Shown here in pieces: positions 28,097-38,238 of a DNA stretch of 64,000 bases. The notes under the pieces were generated by a model. That model was not told where the DNA came from. It was given only the letters and a program-made list of their open reading frames with translations, and did no database searches. Location of the stretch: contig CBDDIJ010000002.1 of assembly GCA_965228855.1 (NCBI GenBank), positions 1,824,001 through 1,888,000 on the forward strand, in the 5' to 3' direction. How positions within the stretch are numbered: position 1 is the stretch's first letter; each line of letters begins with the position of its first letter. Source of the DNA: Candidatus Obscuribacterales bacterium. GTDB lineage: Bacteria > Cyanobacteriota > Vampirovibrionia > Obscuribacterales > Obscuribacteraceae. The position numbers and the translations under genes were made by a program.

Positions 28097-28630
28097 GTGA
28101 GCTGTGACTGTTGCGCGAGAGAAAAGTTACCAGAGCAATTACTACAAAAGCTGTCCGACGTAGAGCAAGAGTTGAACAACACCGCCAAGCGTATTGTGAA
28201 GGCGGCGAGCGATCCGTTTTCCGGAGTAATCAGGTTCCTCGAAGACCGTCCCGAGAATTCTTCGTTGCACGGCTATTTCGTCGACCGTGCATTGATTGAA
28301 ACCTTCGGCAGCCGCGAGCAAGTGCCCGGGCTGATTCGCGCTCTGGCATCACACGTGCGCGAGGTGATTCGTCAGTCCAACGTCATCAGCATTGTCAATG
28401 AACATCCTACAGCGGAGCGCTGGGGACAATATGTCATAAAACAGAAAGAGCAGATGCGTTTCGAGATCGGCATGGATAAAGGTTTCCTCGTCCTGAAAAA
28501 CATCAAGGGTTTGTTCGGTATCGAACATGGTGTAGAATTGCCGCTCGAGTGTATTACTGTGAAACCGCCCAAGCTGGTTGTCACAGCAAACATGGGTCTA
28601 CTCAAGCCGCAGAAGATCTTCGATATTTAA
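28097..28630 (+). CDS. Hypothetical protein
   Basis: 177-aa ORF with GAGGT RBS. Confidence 0.65.
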   Translation: MSCDCCAREKLPEQLLQKLSDVEQELNNTAKRIVKAASDPFSGVIRFLEDRPENSSLHGYFVDRALIETFGSREQVPGLIRALASHVREVIRQSNVISIVNEHPTAERWGQYVIKQKEQMRFEIGMDKGFLVLKNIKGLFGIEHGVELPLECITVKPPKLVVTANMGLLKPQKIFDI

Positions 28631-28706
28631 CTCCGTCGATATTTCTGCAAGTGAGTGATTCACGGAATTGATACGCGGAAAACTGACTCGATAGAAACGA
28701 GAATTT

Positions 28707-29456
28707 ATGACTGATTTCACCGCACAGGTTTACGCGCATCGCGGCGGTCGGGCTTGGGCGCCTGAAAACACGATGACCGCCTTTCGTAAAAGTCTCGAAG
28801 CGGGTGTCGATGGAATCGAGCTCGACGTCCAGCGCTGCGCGACCGGTGAGCTGGTTGTATTCCACGACCACACGCTAGACCGCACCACCAATGGTGTCGG
28901 GTATGTAAAGGACTGCACGCTTGACGAGTTGAAACGGTTGAGCGCCGGTCTCTGGTATCACAAAGATTTCCGCGAAGAAAAAGTTCCGACCCTCTCGGAG
29001 GTTCTCGCACTCGTCGACGGACAGGTAATGCTCAATGTTGAGATTAAAAACACGCCGGTCGATTATCCCGGCATCGACGACGAAGTTCTGGAACTATTGA
29101 GCGACTACCCGCATCCGGACAAGATTGTAATCAGCTCGTTCGATAATCGCCTGACGAAGGTGATGCGAAAGAAACAGCCGGAGTGGAATTATGCGATTTT
29201 GATGGATGGTATACCGGATGACATCGGCGGCATGGCAGCCGCAATCGGGGCTACGTACTGGCACCCGAATCACGAATCGATTCTTGCCGACGCTTGTGAC
29301 GAGGCGAAAGCGGCGGGTTTGAAGATAAATGTTTGGACGTCCAACGACGATCGCGATTGGGCCAGATTGCTCAAGATGGGCGTGGATGGCATCATTACGG
29401 ACGATCCAGTCGGCTTGATAAAATTCTTGGATTTGGTTGCCAAGGTGCGCGCCTGA
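28707..29456 (+). CDS. Glycerophosphodiester phosphodiesterase
   Basis: AHRGG..APENT, IELDV, HD.TLDRTT, NVEIK, SSFD, GIITDDP. Confidence 0.93.
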   Translation: MTDFTAQVYAHRGGRAWAPENTMTAFRKSLEAGVDGIELDVQRCATGELVVFHDHTLDRTTNGVGYVKDCTLDELKRLSAGLWYHKDFREEKVPTLSEVLALVDGQVMLNVEIKNTPVDYPGIDDEVLELLSDYPHPDKIVISSFDNRLTKVMRKKQPEWNYAILMDGIPDDIGGMAAAIGATYWHPNHESILADACDEAKAAGLKINVWTSNDDRDWARLLKMGVDGIITDDPVGLIKFLDLVAKVRA

Positions 29457-29569
29457 CCGCTCTTTTCGAGGAACAAAGTATAAGCGACGGCCAATGACCG
29501 TTCGCCTGAATTGCCGCGCTGAACAGTTTCACTTCTGGCAAAGTTCGGTTTTAAGAAACGGAAAGATTA

Positions 29570-30688
29570 ATGGACTGGACGCTCTCATCTATCAACTGGC
29601 CGCTGGACGCAATCGACAAAACGATTGCAACATACGCTGTTTTTCTCGGCGTATACATTTTGTTTTCGGCGCTGGTTCTCGTGCGGCTCCGCAAGCGGCT
29701 GTGGAGCTACCTGGTACTGTGGACGATTTATCCGCTTGCCTGCATGTGGCTCGCATTCTTCCTCGGTCGTGGAATTTTCGACGCGCTCAATTTGATGGCG
29801 ATGGCGGTTTTCATCGGCGGCACGGGGCTGCTCGCAACGTGCGCTGCATTCGCCTGGCCGACCTACAAAAAGTTTGCGACCGTGTTCGCCGTCTTCTCTT
29901 TGACCCTAGCCGTCATCGGCATTGACGCCTTCATTGTTGAGCCCGCCTGGCTCGAAGTGCGGCACGAGAAAGTTGTTTCCGCTAAGGTGCATAAACCAAT
30001 CCGCCTGGTAGTTATCTCTGATTTGCAAACCGATCACGTCGGCAGCTTCGAGCGCAAAGTGTTTCAAAAAACAATGGAAGCGAAACCGGATATGGTGCTC
30101 CTTCCAGGGGATTATATTCAGGCTTATTCCGCTCAGTATCGCGATCAGGTTACTAAACTGCGCGCAATTTTGAAGGAATTGAAAGTGTCGGCTCCGCTTG
30201 GGGTCTACGCAACGCAAGGTGATTCGGAGCGAAACGGTTGGCCGGAAATTTTCAAAGACTTGCCGATTTATCCTTTCCACGAGAGTGATACGCTTGTTGC
30301 CGGCAAAAACGGCCCACCTGAAGATGAAGTCGTCGTGACCGGTTTGACTCTCAAGGACTCGTGGCGTTTGCGCTATCAAATTCCGCACACCGACAAATTC
30401 CACATCGTTGTTGCGCACAGACCAGACTTTATGTTGGGCGCCGGCGAAGGCGATTTGTTCGTCGCTGGTCATACCCACGGCGGTCAGGTTCAACTACCGA
30501 TCTATGGACCGCTACTCACATTTTCGGAAGCGCCGCGTGAGTGGTGCGGCGGCTGCTGCGTTACTCGCGATGATGGCAAAACGTTCATGATTACTCGTGG
30601 CGTTGGCATGGAGCGCGAACGGGCTCCGCGACTTCGCTTTTTCTGTCATCCTGAAATTGTAGTTATCGACGTCGTTCCTGAGTCGTAA
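29570..30688 (+). CDS. Membrane-bound metallophosphoesterase (YkuE-like)
   Basis: N-terminal TMs; ISDLQ, PGDY, H.PD, GHTHGGQ, RG.G, R.FCHPEI. Confidence 0.85.
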   Translation: MDWTLSSINWPLDAIDKTIATYAVFLGVYILFSALVLVRLRKRLWSYLVLWTIYPLACMWLAFFLGRGIFDALNLMAMAVFIGGTGLLATCAAFAWPTYKKFATVFAVFSLTLAVIGIDAFIVEPAWLEVRHEKVVSAKVHKPIRLVVISDLQTDHVGSFERKVFQKTMEAKPDMVLLPGDYIQAYSAQYRDQVTKLRAILKELKVSAPLGVYATQGDSERNGWPEIFKDLPIYPFHESDTLVAGKNGPPEDEVVVTGLTLKDSWRLRYQIPHTDKFHIVVAHRPDFMLGAGEGDLFVAGHTHGGQVQLPIYGPLLTFSEAPREWCGGCCVTRDDGKTFMITRGVGMERERAPRLRFFCHPEIVVIDVVPES

Positions 30689-30712
30689 ACGACTGATGGG
30701 CAAGCGGCAAAC

Positions 30713-32008
30713 ATGGTGGCTGGGCGTAAGCGAATACAGCGAGGCGAATTGTTGAAACGCGCATCTAAAAGACGAATTCAGAGAGTTGTTTCGATGACCC
30801 TTATCGCTTCCTTTGCGGCTCTTGGGCTGGTCATGCCTCAGGTGTCCGCGCAGGGAAACAGTTATGACACGGGTGTGCAACTATACAAAGCCGGCAAATA
30901 TGGAGCGGCTGCCAACAAGCTTTTGGAGGCGGTGAAGTTTCCCGGCAAAGAGGGCGCGGCGTATTATTATCTTGGCTGCTGTTATTACAAACTCAATCGA
31001 CCTGCTGAAGCTCGCGCAATTTACCGTCAGGTGGTAAACAACTATCCGTCGGTTCGAGAAGCTGGTCTGGCGGCGCAGATGCTGCAGCGTCTCGATCCGA
31101 CCTATCAACCACCGCCTGGAATAGGTGGTGCTACCAGCGGTGCTCCGGCTTCGTCAGCAACGTCTGCGAACATGGCCTCGTCTAAACCGGCAACCGCCGG
31201 TGGTGGCAAGGGATTTCCTGGCGAGGATTTCGATTCGTTGCCTAACGAGGCTCGCATTCCATTTACCATAGCCGGCAACGGACACATGCAGGTCACCGTC
31301 TATCTCGACAATCGGCCTATTACCGCATGGTTCGATACTGGTGCTAATGCGCACTTCGGCAAAAATCATCTGGAAGCTGCCGGCATTCAGCTCCCACGTG
31401 GTGATGCAAATACGATGACGAGCGGTTGGGCCGGCAACGGCGTTCCTGCCTGGCGCCAGCAGAGAAAGATCAAAATGGGCAATTTGACTCGATTTGCTCC
31501 TGTTACTGTTGAGGAGCATATGGACTTAGCACCGCTCGTCGGGCAGGAATTTATTCAAGGGTACCAGTGCGAAGTCGACAATAGCTCGCACTACATAATC
31601 CTTCGTAAAATGGGGGCATTCAAAGCTAGCGGTCAACAAGTAAGCGACCTGTACGACGTCCCTTGTGTGCGCCGCAACATGCGTGACTATGTTCCAATGA
31701 GTATTAACGGCAAAAAGCTGGAAGTGTTAGTGGACACCGGCGCCGCGTTTTCAATATTCAATGAAGAGGATTTGAAATCAATCGGCGTCCGTGTTCCCGA
31801 TGATGCACCGACGGGCATGGCAAGCGGCGTTGGCGGCGGTTTTGTCGTGAAACATATAAACGCTGATATTCGCCTCGGACCGATTTGGAAAAATGGATAT
31901 CAAATAACCGTAGGTGGCAGCTCCGGAAGTGCTGTCGGTCAAGATATTCTAAACACACAGCGCTTCACGATCGATCGCGAACAAAATCTCATGCGGTTTT
32001 TCCACTAG
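30713..32008 (+). CDS. Exported TPR protein with two retropepsin-like aspartyl protease domains (start uncertain)
   Basis: TPR AYYYLG; FDTGA and VDTGA motifs, each followed by (L/A)VGQ(E/D). Confidence 0.8.
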   Translation: MVAGRKRIQRGELLKRASKRRIQRVVSMTLIASFAALGLVMPQVSAQGNSYDTGVQLYKAGKYGAAANKLLEAVKFPGKEGAAYYYLGCCYYKLNRPAEARAIYRQVVNNYPSVREAGLAAQMLQRLDPTYQPPPGIGGATSGAPASSATSANMASSKPATAGGGKGFPGEDFDSLPNEARIPFTIAGNGHMQVTVYLDNRPITAWFDTGANAHFGKNHLEAAGIQLPRGDANTMTSGWAGNGVPAWRQQRKIKMGNLTRFAPVTVEEHMDLAPLVGQEFIQGYQCEVDNSSHYIILRKMGAFKASGQQVSDLYDVPCVRRNMRDYVPMSINGKKLEVLVDTGAAFSIFNEEDLKSIGVRVPDDAPTGMASGVGGGFVVKHINADIRLGPIWKNGYQITVGGSSGSAVGQDILNTQRFTIDREQNLMRFFH

Positions 32009-32009
32009 A

Positions 32010-33818
32010 TCAACCAGGCGGAAACTGCGGTCCCTGCAATGAGCCTTGCGGCGGCGGGTCCGGCGGCTGTGGTTGACCGGGTGGTATCGTGGATGGTTCC
32101 GGCACCGTGGGCGATGCTATTTCAATGAAGCGCACGCGTGTGACGTTTCTCCGCGCAGCCTCAAGCATGGCTCTCTGCCCGCCGGCGACCAGTCCCATAA
32201 GGTCTTGCGCATCTTGGGGAACGGAGGCGATGCCGAAGTGCAGAATAGGTGCGTAGTGAGCGAGTTCCGGAATGCACTGTGGAAGCGTTGCTGCAATTCT
32301 GTCTACCAGCCCGCATCCCTGGCTGCTTTCTACGCCCGGCAAGATGAATGCGAAACTTCGTTCGCCAAAATGACCGAGGATATCGACCTCGCGGCGCATC
32401 TTGTTCAAAGCCTTTGTGATCAGCGCCACTGATTCAATGGGCAGGACGGGCCATCCGGTTGCACTGACGGTGATGCAAAACGGCATGAAGGTGAACGCCG
32501 CCCCAAAGCGAAAAGCGCGCGAAAATTCCTTTTCCAGGAAGAACTCGAATGCGTCCTGACTCAAGATGCCAGTTTCTTCACGAACGAGGTGTGGAAGAAT
32601 GGCTGCCGGGCCCAGACCGCTAAAAAGCACAATTTCGTCAGGGATACCGAGGTGAAAAGACTTCAGCGGGGCTTGCGCCGGCGCAGCTGTAGGTACTGGT
32701 GTTACAGGTGGTGCTTGTAAGGTAGGCGGAAGGGGCATGCCCGGCTGCAACATGCCGGATTGTTGTATTCCCGGTTGCTGTAAACCCAGCGGAAACGAAG
32801 GCGTGTGATGCTCCTGCTGCGGAGTACTTGCAAATGCGCCAGGCTGCATCGAGACCGGTTGTTGCTGGACTGGAAACGGTTGTGTAGTGTCTTGATTTCG
32901 CGGCGCAACGCCGCCGCCAAACACCGTGGATGGTGGCATCAATGGCGCCGCGCCTGAACCGTTCTGCTGAGCTGTGCTCCAACTGCCGGACGGCGCTGCA
33001 TGTGACGGACCCTGGTTGCGCTCGCCCAGTTCCGCTGAGATTATGTGTTGAAGTTCGGGAGCTGTTGGTGCGGCTCTGGTCGGTTTTGCCGGTGGCGCGG
33101 TAAAACCTGTAGCCTCCAGTGTTCGACCATCGGGAGTCAGAATCAGTCCCAGCCGCAAAAGGTTCGCAACAGTTGCCATCCAGCGACTCTCGCTCAGATT
33201 CATCTTAATGGCGATATCTTTTATATTCAGTGAGCCGTAAATATTTCCGTAAAATTCCTTCTGCATTTTCATGCTGAGTGGGGCGCCGGAAATAAGGACC
33301 TTCTCTAGCTCTTGCTCGTTCAGCTTTGTCGCGGACCGGAGCAAATAAGAAAGCTCCGTTATCTCCAGGTTGCGCAAAAACTCCATGTTGCGTACATATT
33401 CGTCGCCGAGAGTGAGAATCTGCGGAGCGCTGTCATCAACTGTTGGTCGCTCCGGCTGTACGCCTTCTTGAAATGAAATCTTGCCGTCTTGCCATGTGAA
33501 GAGTTCGAGAATCGCTTCCGTACCGGTGTTGAACGGAGAGTAGGCGTGAATCGGTTTCCCCAAACCAAACTGAATGACGACAGTGTACTGAAATCCGCCA
33601 ATGTTCAGTTGCCCGGTCGCCTCGAAGTGATCGATGACCTGAAGCAAAAATGCGACAGACTTGTCTTTTAAATTGCCGGTCAGCTGTGCGGTCACGGACG
33701 GTGGCGCCATCGGCTCGTCGACAATCGGCAACGGTCCGGTCGATGTCAATCCGGTCGAGCCGGTGCGCCTGGCGAACCTGTCGCCAAGACTCGGTTTTCT
33801 TTGCTGCTCGTCGGTCAT
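32010..33818 (-). CDS. DUF4388-like N-terminal domain, Pro/Gln-rich linker and degenerate GGDEF domain
   Basis: GNL....V..LLQ...TG.L, W.DG...F; C-terminal REVDILGHFGERSF. Confidence 0.75.
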   Translation of the reverse strand: MTDEQQRKPSLGDRFARRTGSTGLTSTGPLPIVDEPMAPPSVTAQLTGNLKDKSVAFLLQVIDHFEATGQLNIGGFQYTVVIQFGLGKPIHAYSPFNTGTEAILELFTWQDGKISFQEGVQPERPTVDDSAPQILTLGDEYVRNMEFLRNLEITELSYLLRSATKLNEQELEKVLISGAPLSMKMQKEFYGNIYGSLNIKDIAIKMNLSESRWMATVANLLRLGLILTPDGRTLEATGFTAPPAKPTRAAPTAPELQHIISAELGERNQGPSHAAPSGSWSTAQQNGSGAAPLMPPSTVFGGGVAPRNQDTTQPFPVQQQPVSMQPGAFASTPQQEHHTPSFPLGLQQPGIQQSGMLQPGMPLPPTLQAPPVTPVPTAAPAQAPLKSFHLGIPDEIVLFSGLGPAAILPHLVREETGILSQDAFEFFLEKEFSRAFRFGAAFTFMPFCITVSATGWPVLPIESVALITKALNKMRREVDILGHFGERSFAFILPGVESSQGCGLVDRIAATLPQCIPELAHYAPILHFGIASVPQDAQDLMGLVAGGQRAMLEAARRNVTRVRFIEIASPTVPEPSTIPPGQPQPPDPPPQGSLQGPQFPPG

Positions 33819-33941
33819 TAGTAAAGAGCCGCCCTGATGTACCTGGTTCTGAGCTTCCCTGTAATTTAGTTATACGCAAAACGCAGCGAAGGCAAACGTT
33901 TTCACAATAATATCCTGTCGGCTCGCGCTTGATAATTTCAA

Positions 33942-35195
33942 CTATCGCCCGATCTTCTCCAAACCGGTCGTGGCGAGCTCGATGAGCCTGGTGTCCTGCG
34001 ACTTTTGGATAATCAAATTGTATTGCGTTCGAGCTTCATCGTAATTTTTCCTGTGCACAAGCGCGACTGCAAGAAGATACCTGGCATGCAAGTTGGTTGG
34101 GTCGTTGGAAACCACGTCGCGAAGCTGATCTTCGGCGGCAGCGTACTCACCTTTGTTGATCATCTGCAGCGCCTGACGCTCCGGAGTATTTGCGTCGCGT
34201 GATTGATGCTGCGAAAACGGCATCACTGGCGGCGGCGCAGGAACAAGCCCGTGGCGCGAAGCTGAAGTTTCGTTACGCTTTGGTGTCTGTTTGCTGAGCG
34301 CAGCTCGAATTTTATCAGTTACCTCCTGCGCCCGCGGACTCTTAAGTCGCATATTGGATGAAACCGCTCCCGCCTGTTGCGAAGACCCTTTTCCATCCGA
34401 AAGACTCGGCAGTCCTGGTCCAGGAGGCAGACCGGCTGGACCGTTTTCGTACTCTCCTTCAGTGTTTAGAGTACCCGGCGGTTTCGAGTCGCTTTGCGAG
34501 CCGGATAAACCGGCAATCGATGAATCAGCGCTCTCAGAGCCATTGAATGAGCCTGAATCCTGACCACCGGGATCGCCTGGTGATGCCACTGGTGGTGCCG
34601 TCAACGGTGAAGCAAGAGGCTGAATATCCAGCGACGAACCTCCCAAACCACTTCCGCTTCGACTCAACCCGCTGGTTCCCTCATTGCCACCCATCTCAAT
34701 TCCGGCTTCACCTGCAACTTTTGCCGACTCTTGCTGCAAGTTGTTTATCAGTTTCGGAACATCTTGCAGTTTTAAACCATTAGCGTCGAGTGTCTTCTCC
34801 AACGCTTCTGTTCCTCCTGCACTGGAAGTCGAGTCGGAGCCTGCGTCTGAAGAACTCGAGTCAATCTGAGATGTTTTCGGCAGGAAATCGTCGTACCTCG
34901 GCGGCGACGGATCGTCTTTGCGCCCCAATCCTTGCAAGGGGTTTCCGCCGCCAATTGCACCTGGCGCCGGCGGCAATATAGATTGTGCCATTGCAGTTGG
35001 AATACTGACGGTGTTCAGAACTAAAACCGCGACGAAAGCAGCGGCGCTTCGCAAAGGTTTAGTCACACGCAAAGGTTTGGCTAAAGATTGACTGAAAGGC
35101 TCCGAATAGCCGGATATTATCGAAATTCCAGTTCTCCGGTGCGCTCCCATCTTCAGCGACCGGCAATATTGCGGCTGATCAGCTTCGAGACCCAC
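33942..35195 (-). CDS. Exported low-complexity protein with C-terminal TPR (true start probably near 35066)
   Basis: Signal-like segment, S/G/P-rich body, TPR ARYLLAVAL. Confidence 0.65.
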   Translation of the reverse strand: MGLEADQPQYCRSLKMGAHRRTGISIISGYSEPFSQSLAKPLRVTKPLRSAAAFVAVLVLNTVSIPTAMAQSILPPAPGAIGGGNPLQGLGRKDDPSPPRYDDFLPKTSQIDSSSSDAGSDSTSSAGGTEALEKTLDANGLKLQDVPKLINNLQQESAKVAGEAGIEMGGNEGTSGLSRSGSGLGGSSLDIQPLASPLTAPPVASPGDPGGQDSGSFNGSESADSSIAGLSGSQSDSKPPGTLNTEGEYENGPAGLPPGPGLPSLSDGKGSSQQAGAVSSNMRLKSPRAQEVTDKIRAALSKQTPKRNETSASRHGLVPAPPPVMPFSQHQSRDANTPERQALQMINKGEYAAAEDQLRDVVSNDPTNLHARYLLAVALVHRKNYDEARTQYNLIIQKSQDTRLIELATTGLEKIGR

Positions 35196-35608
35196 GGGAT
35201 ATTCGTCATCTTTCCCATCAGCGCCATCACACCTGCATAGATGCAGAGCAGGAACAGTGGAACCTGGAACACCATGGTCATCATGGCGTTGTTCTCCATT
35301 AAGAACGCCGCAGTTTCAAGCCCGATAACAGGCGCAAGCAATCTGATGAAGCCGGTGAAGAAACTGGCTAGAGCTCCAACCGTTCCTTGTATTACGAAGA
35401 ACAGAATCGATAAAAACACTGCCTGGTAGAAGTGGAACCTGAAAAATGGACCGTCGCAGCCAGGTCCTTTGGCAAGGATATAAATGATTCCAATAAAGAA
35501 GCCGAACGGTACGTAGACCGCCGCCGAAACCAATTTCTCCGGCATGCTGTAGCCCGAACCGACTTTCGGACGCTGGTATCTGTCGAATCTGCTTGGTTGG
35601 ATGACCAT
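35153..35608 (-). CDS. Tic20/DUF4870-like membrane protein
   Basis: F.RFHFYQA, three TMs, A..GK...IPW. Confidence 0.7.
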   Translation of the reverse strand: MVIQPSRFDRYQRPKVGSGYSMPEKLVSAAVYVPFGFFIGIIYILAKGPGCDGPFFRFHFYQAVFLSILFFVIQGTVGALASFFTGFIRLLAPVIGLETAAFLMENNAMMTMVFQVPLFLLCIYAGVMALMGKMTNIPWVSKLISRNIAGR

Positions 35609-35830
35609 TTACTTTCCTTTTCGCTCAAATAAGCTTGCTTTCCATCACAATCTCATTTTATCGGTAATTGGTCGTCCGTCTCCGGGGTTTTTCGCATATT
35701 TTCCATATTCGTCGGGCAAATCTTAGATGAGGCACCCGTGGCGTTTATAAGTTGGTTTTGGGGCAGTTTGCTCCCAACATGGACCGGGTCGCGGATTGAT
35801 GCAGAAACCAAACGGGCATGAAAGCTAAGT

Positions 35831-37480
35831 ATGCCATGCGATAACGATAACCACGCAATTTTCCTCAAGCTCCTGTCCTCTAGAGAGTTGAGCACCTGCT
35901 TAGCGACTATCGGACAGTTGATTCTGGAAAGAACCAGCGCCAGTGGCGTTGCCATAATGATTTGGGACGCTGATATGGAGTCGTTCGCTCAGCAAGAAAC
36001 GTTTGGCGAAAAACGCAAGCGCATGACCGCTTTGACCACGGAGTTGGCTGAGCAGTTTGAAGAGCTTGACCCAGCGAAAAACACACTCGACCTCGATACT
36101 TTCACATCCAAGATCGAAGGATCTTTTGAAACAGTCACGATTAGACGCCTCAAACACGACGACGAGCTGTGCGCCGTTATTCTGATCGCGGACGCAGATA
36201 TAGAGGAAGGGCAGGATCCGCTTGCCGAGCTGGATTCGGATATACCGCTTGCGCTGGTGCTCTACAACGCCTGGTGCTATTCGGAACTCGAGTTGGAAAA
36301 CGAGAGACTTCGTAGCCAGTACGAAGAAATGGAAGACAAAACCGCGCAGTTCGAAGACCAGACGCGCAAACTCATTCATGACCTGACGGCTCGCGATTCG
36401 ATTCGAATTAAACAGGTTGAGCGCGAGCGGCTTGTTTACTGGATTTCCAACCTTGTCCGTAGTTCCGTCCGTATTCAAGAAGTGCTTGCCACCATCGTCG
36501 AGAAGATTTGTACTACCTGGGGACTCAGCCGCACGTCTGTATTGCGCGCTCAGAAGACCGATCAGTTCGACGTATACGAATATCATGTTGACGGCTTCGA
36601 TCCGGTTAAAGAGCAGTTCTCTACGCCTCAGGGGCTCGAGTTTACGCGCAAAGCGCTTGACTTGAAGTCGCCGCTGTTTATCGACCCTGCAACGAATGGC
36701 GATGAGTTTAATCTGGTTTTTCTCGAACAGATTGGCGTCAGGTCCGGGCTGATTATTCCGCTAGTAGTGCGCGACCAGGTCTTGGGTGCCGCCTTCCTTC
36801 AGGATTGTGCCAAGGCTCGTGAATGGAGCATCGACGACATCTCTCTAATAGGCAGTCTCTGCGATCAGGTTGCTGTTGCAATCGAGAATGCCGAACTGCA
36901 TATGGAAATCGAACGCCAGGCTGTCACCGACGGCTTGACCGGTGTTGCGAATCGCCGCTCTTTCAATGAATCGTTGACAAAAGAATTCGAGCGCGCCAAG
37001 CGATATGGTCAGCCGCTCTCGCTTGCTGTGATCGATCTTGATTTCCTCAAGAAGATCAATGATACCTACGGGCACATGACCGGCGACGAGGCGATCAAAG
37101 CTATAGGAACTGTCCTCCAGCAGTCGTCCCGGTCCATCGATATCACCGCTCGGTACGGTGGCGAAGAATTCTGCGTTCTTCTGCCGAATACGGATATAGA
37201 CATGGCTGAACAACTGGCGGAGCGACTCCGAAGGTTAATTCGCGAGACCGAAATCGACGGTCCGGGTCCGCTATCCGCCAGTATCGGCGTCGCAAGTTTC
37301 CCGCTACACGCAGACGCAGCTGAATCCCTGTTCTTGAGAGCCGACGAGGCGCTTTATCGAGCGAAGCAAGATGGTCGCAACAAAGTTAAAGTTTCTACGC
37401 TAGGTCCGGATGGTCAAACGTTGGGCCCAACCGCCCCAAAGCCTGATTCCCAGCAGACTTTGCTCCAGGAAAAATCCTAG
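35831..37480 (+). CDS. GAF-domain diguanylate cyclase
   Basis: GAF (QVAVAIENA), TDGLTGVANRR, DLD..K.INDTYGH..GD, RSID I-site, GGEEF. Confidence 0.92.
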   Translation: MPCDNDNHAIFLKLLSSRELSTCLATIGQLILERTSASGVAIMIWDADMESFAQQETFGEKRKRMTALTTELAEQFEELDPAKNTLDLDTFTSKIEGSFETVTIRRLKHDDELCAVILIADADIEEGQDPLAELDSDIPLALVLYNAWCYSELELENERLRSQYEEMEDKTAQFEDQTRKLIHDLTARDSIRIKQVERERLVYWISNLVRSSVRIQEVLATIVEKICTTWGLSRTSVLRAQKTDQFDVYEYHVDGFDPVKEQFSTPQGLEFTRKALDLKSPLFIDPATNGDEFNLVFLEQIGVRSGLIIPLVVRDQVLGAAFLQDCAKAREWSIDDISLIGSLCDQVAVAIENAELHMEIERQAVTDGLTGVANRRSFNESLTKEFERAKRYGQPLSLAVIDLDFLKKINDTYGHMTGDEAIKAIGTVLQQSSRSIDITARYGGEEFCVLLPNTDIDMAEQLAERLRRLIRETEIDGPGPLSASIGVASFPLHADAAESLFLRADEALYRAKQDGRNKVKVSTLGPDGQTLGPTAPKPDSQQTLLQEKS

Positions 37481-37537
37481 AGCAGCTTCAACCCGTCTGA
37501 GGTATAAAGAGAACAAGGACGGATAAGGAGATGAAAC

Positions 37538-38053
37538 GTGAGCATACTCGATGACATGGTTAACGGTATCAGCAAGGAAGTCAACAAAGTTCAAGAGCGC
37601 GGTCAAGAGATGTTCCAGAGCTTCAACTTGAGCTCTCAAATAAAGGATCTTGAACGCAAAAAATCTGCGAAGCTCGTCGAACTGGGCCGACTGATTGTCG
37701 ACAAACACCATCTCAAAAAGGAAGTCACCGAAGACCAGATCCAAGAGCGCGTCAATGAGGTTGTTGGATACGAAGATCAAATCGGTATCCTCAAAGCTGA
37801 GTTAGATACGCTTAAAACCGCTAACGATCAAAGCGCTCCCGCATCGGCTCGCTCAGAAGCCAAAGCCGGTTTTAAACCGACGCCAGGGTTCGAGTGTCCA
37901 CGTTGCCACGCGCCGGCAGCTCGCGACAGGAAGTTCTGCCCTGCATGCGGCGAAACTCTAGGCGCAGCTCCTAAAGCGGCTGATGATGGTCCGGTGGATG
38001 TCGAAGCTGAGACCGTTGAAGATGACCCGAGCTCTAACGCGGAAAACAATTAA
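37538..38053 (+). CDS. Coiled-coil plus zinc-ribbon protein
   Basis: CPRC...KFCPACG; AAGGAG RBS. Confidence 0.75.
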   Translation: MSILDDMVNGISKEVNKVQERGQEMFQSFNLSSQIKDLERKKSAKLVELGRLIVDKHHLKKEVTEDQIQERVNEVVGYEDQIGILKAELDTLKTANDQSAPASARSEAKAGFKPTPGFECPRCHAPAARDRKFCPACGETLGAAPKAADDGPVDVEAETVEDDPSSNAENN

Positions 38054-38238
38054 CACCGCCTGTAGTGCCGGAAAATAAGTTTAACGACGAGCGTACTTCA
38101 AAGTCCGCTCGTCGTTTGTTTATGATGGCGCTAAAAACACGAACGGGCACCTTATATGGTGCCCGTGTCGCAAGGTCGTACATTTGTTTTGGACTGTCGT
38201 ACTCTGCAGCCGACTGTAGGCGGTTTGAGCCTTGATGT

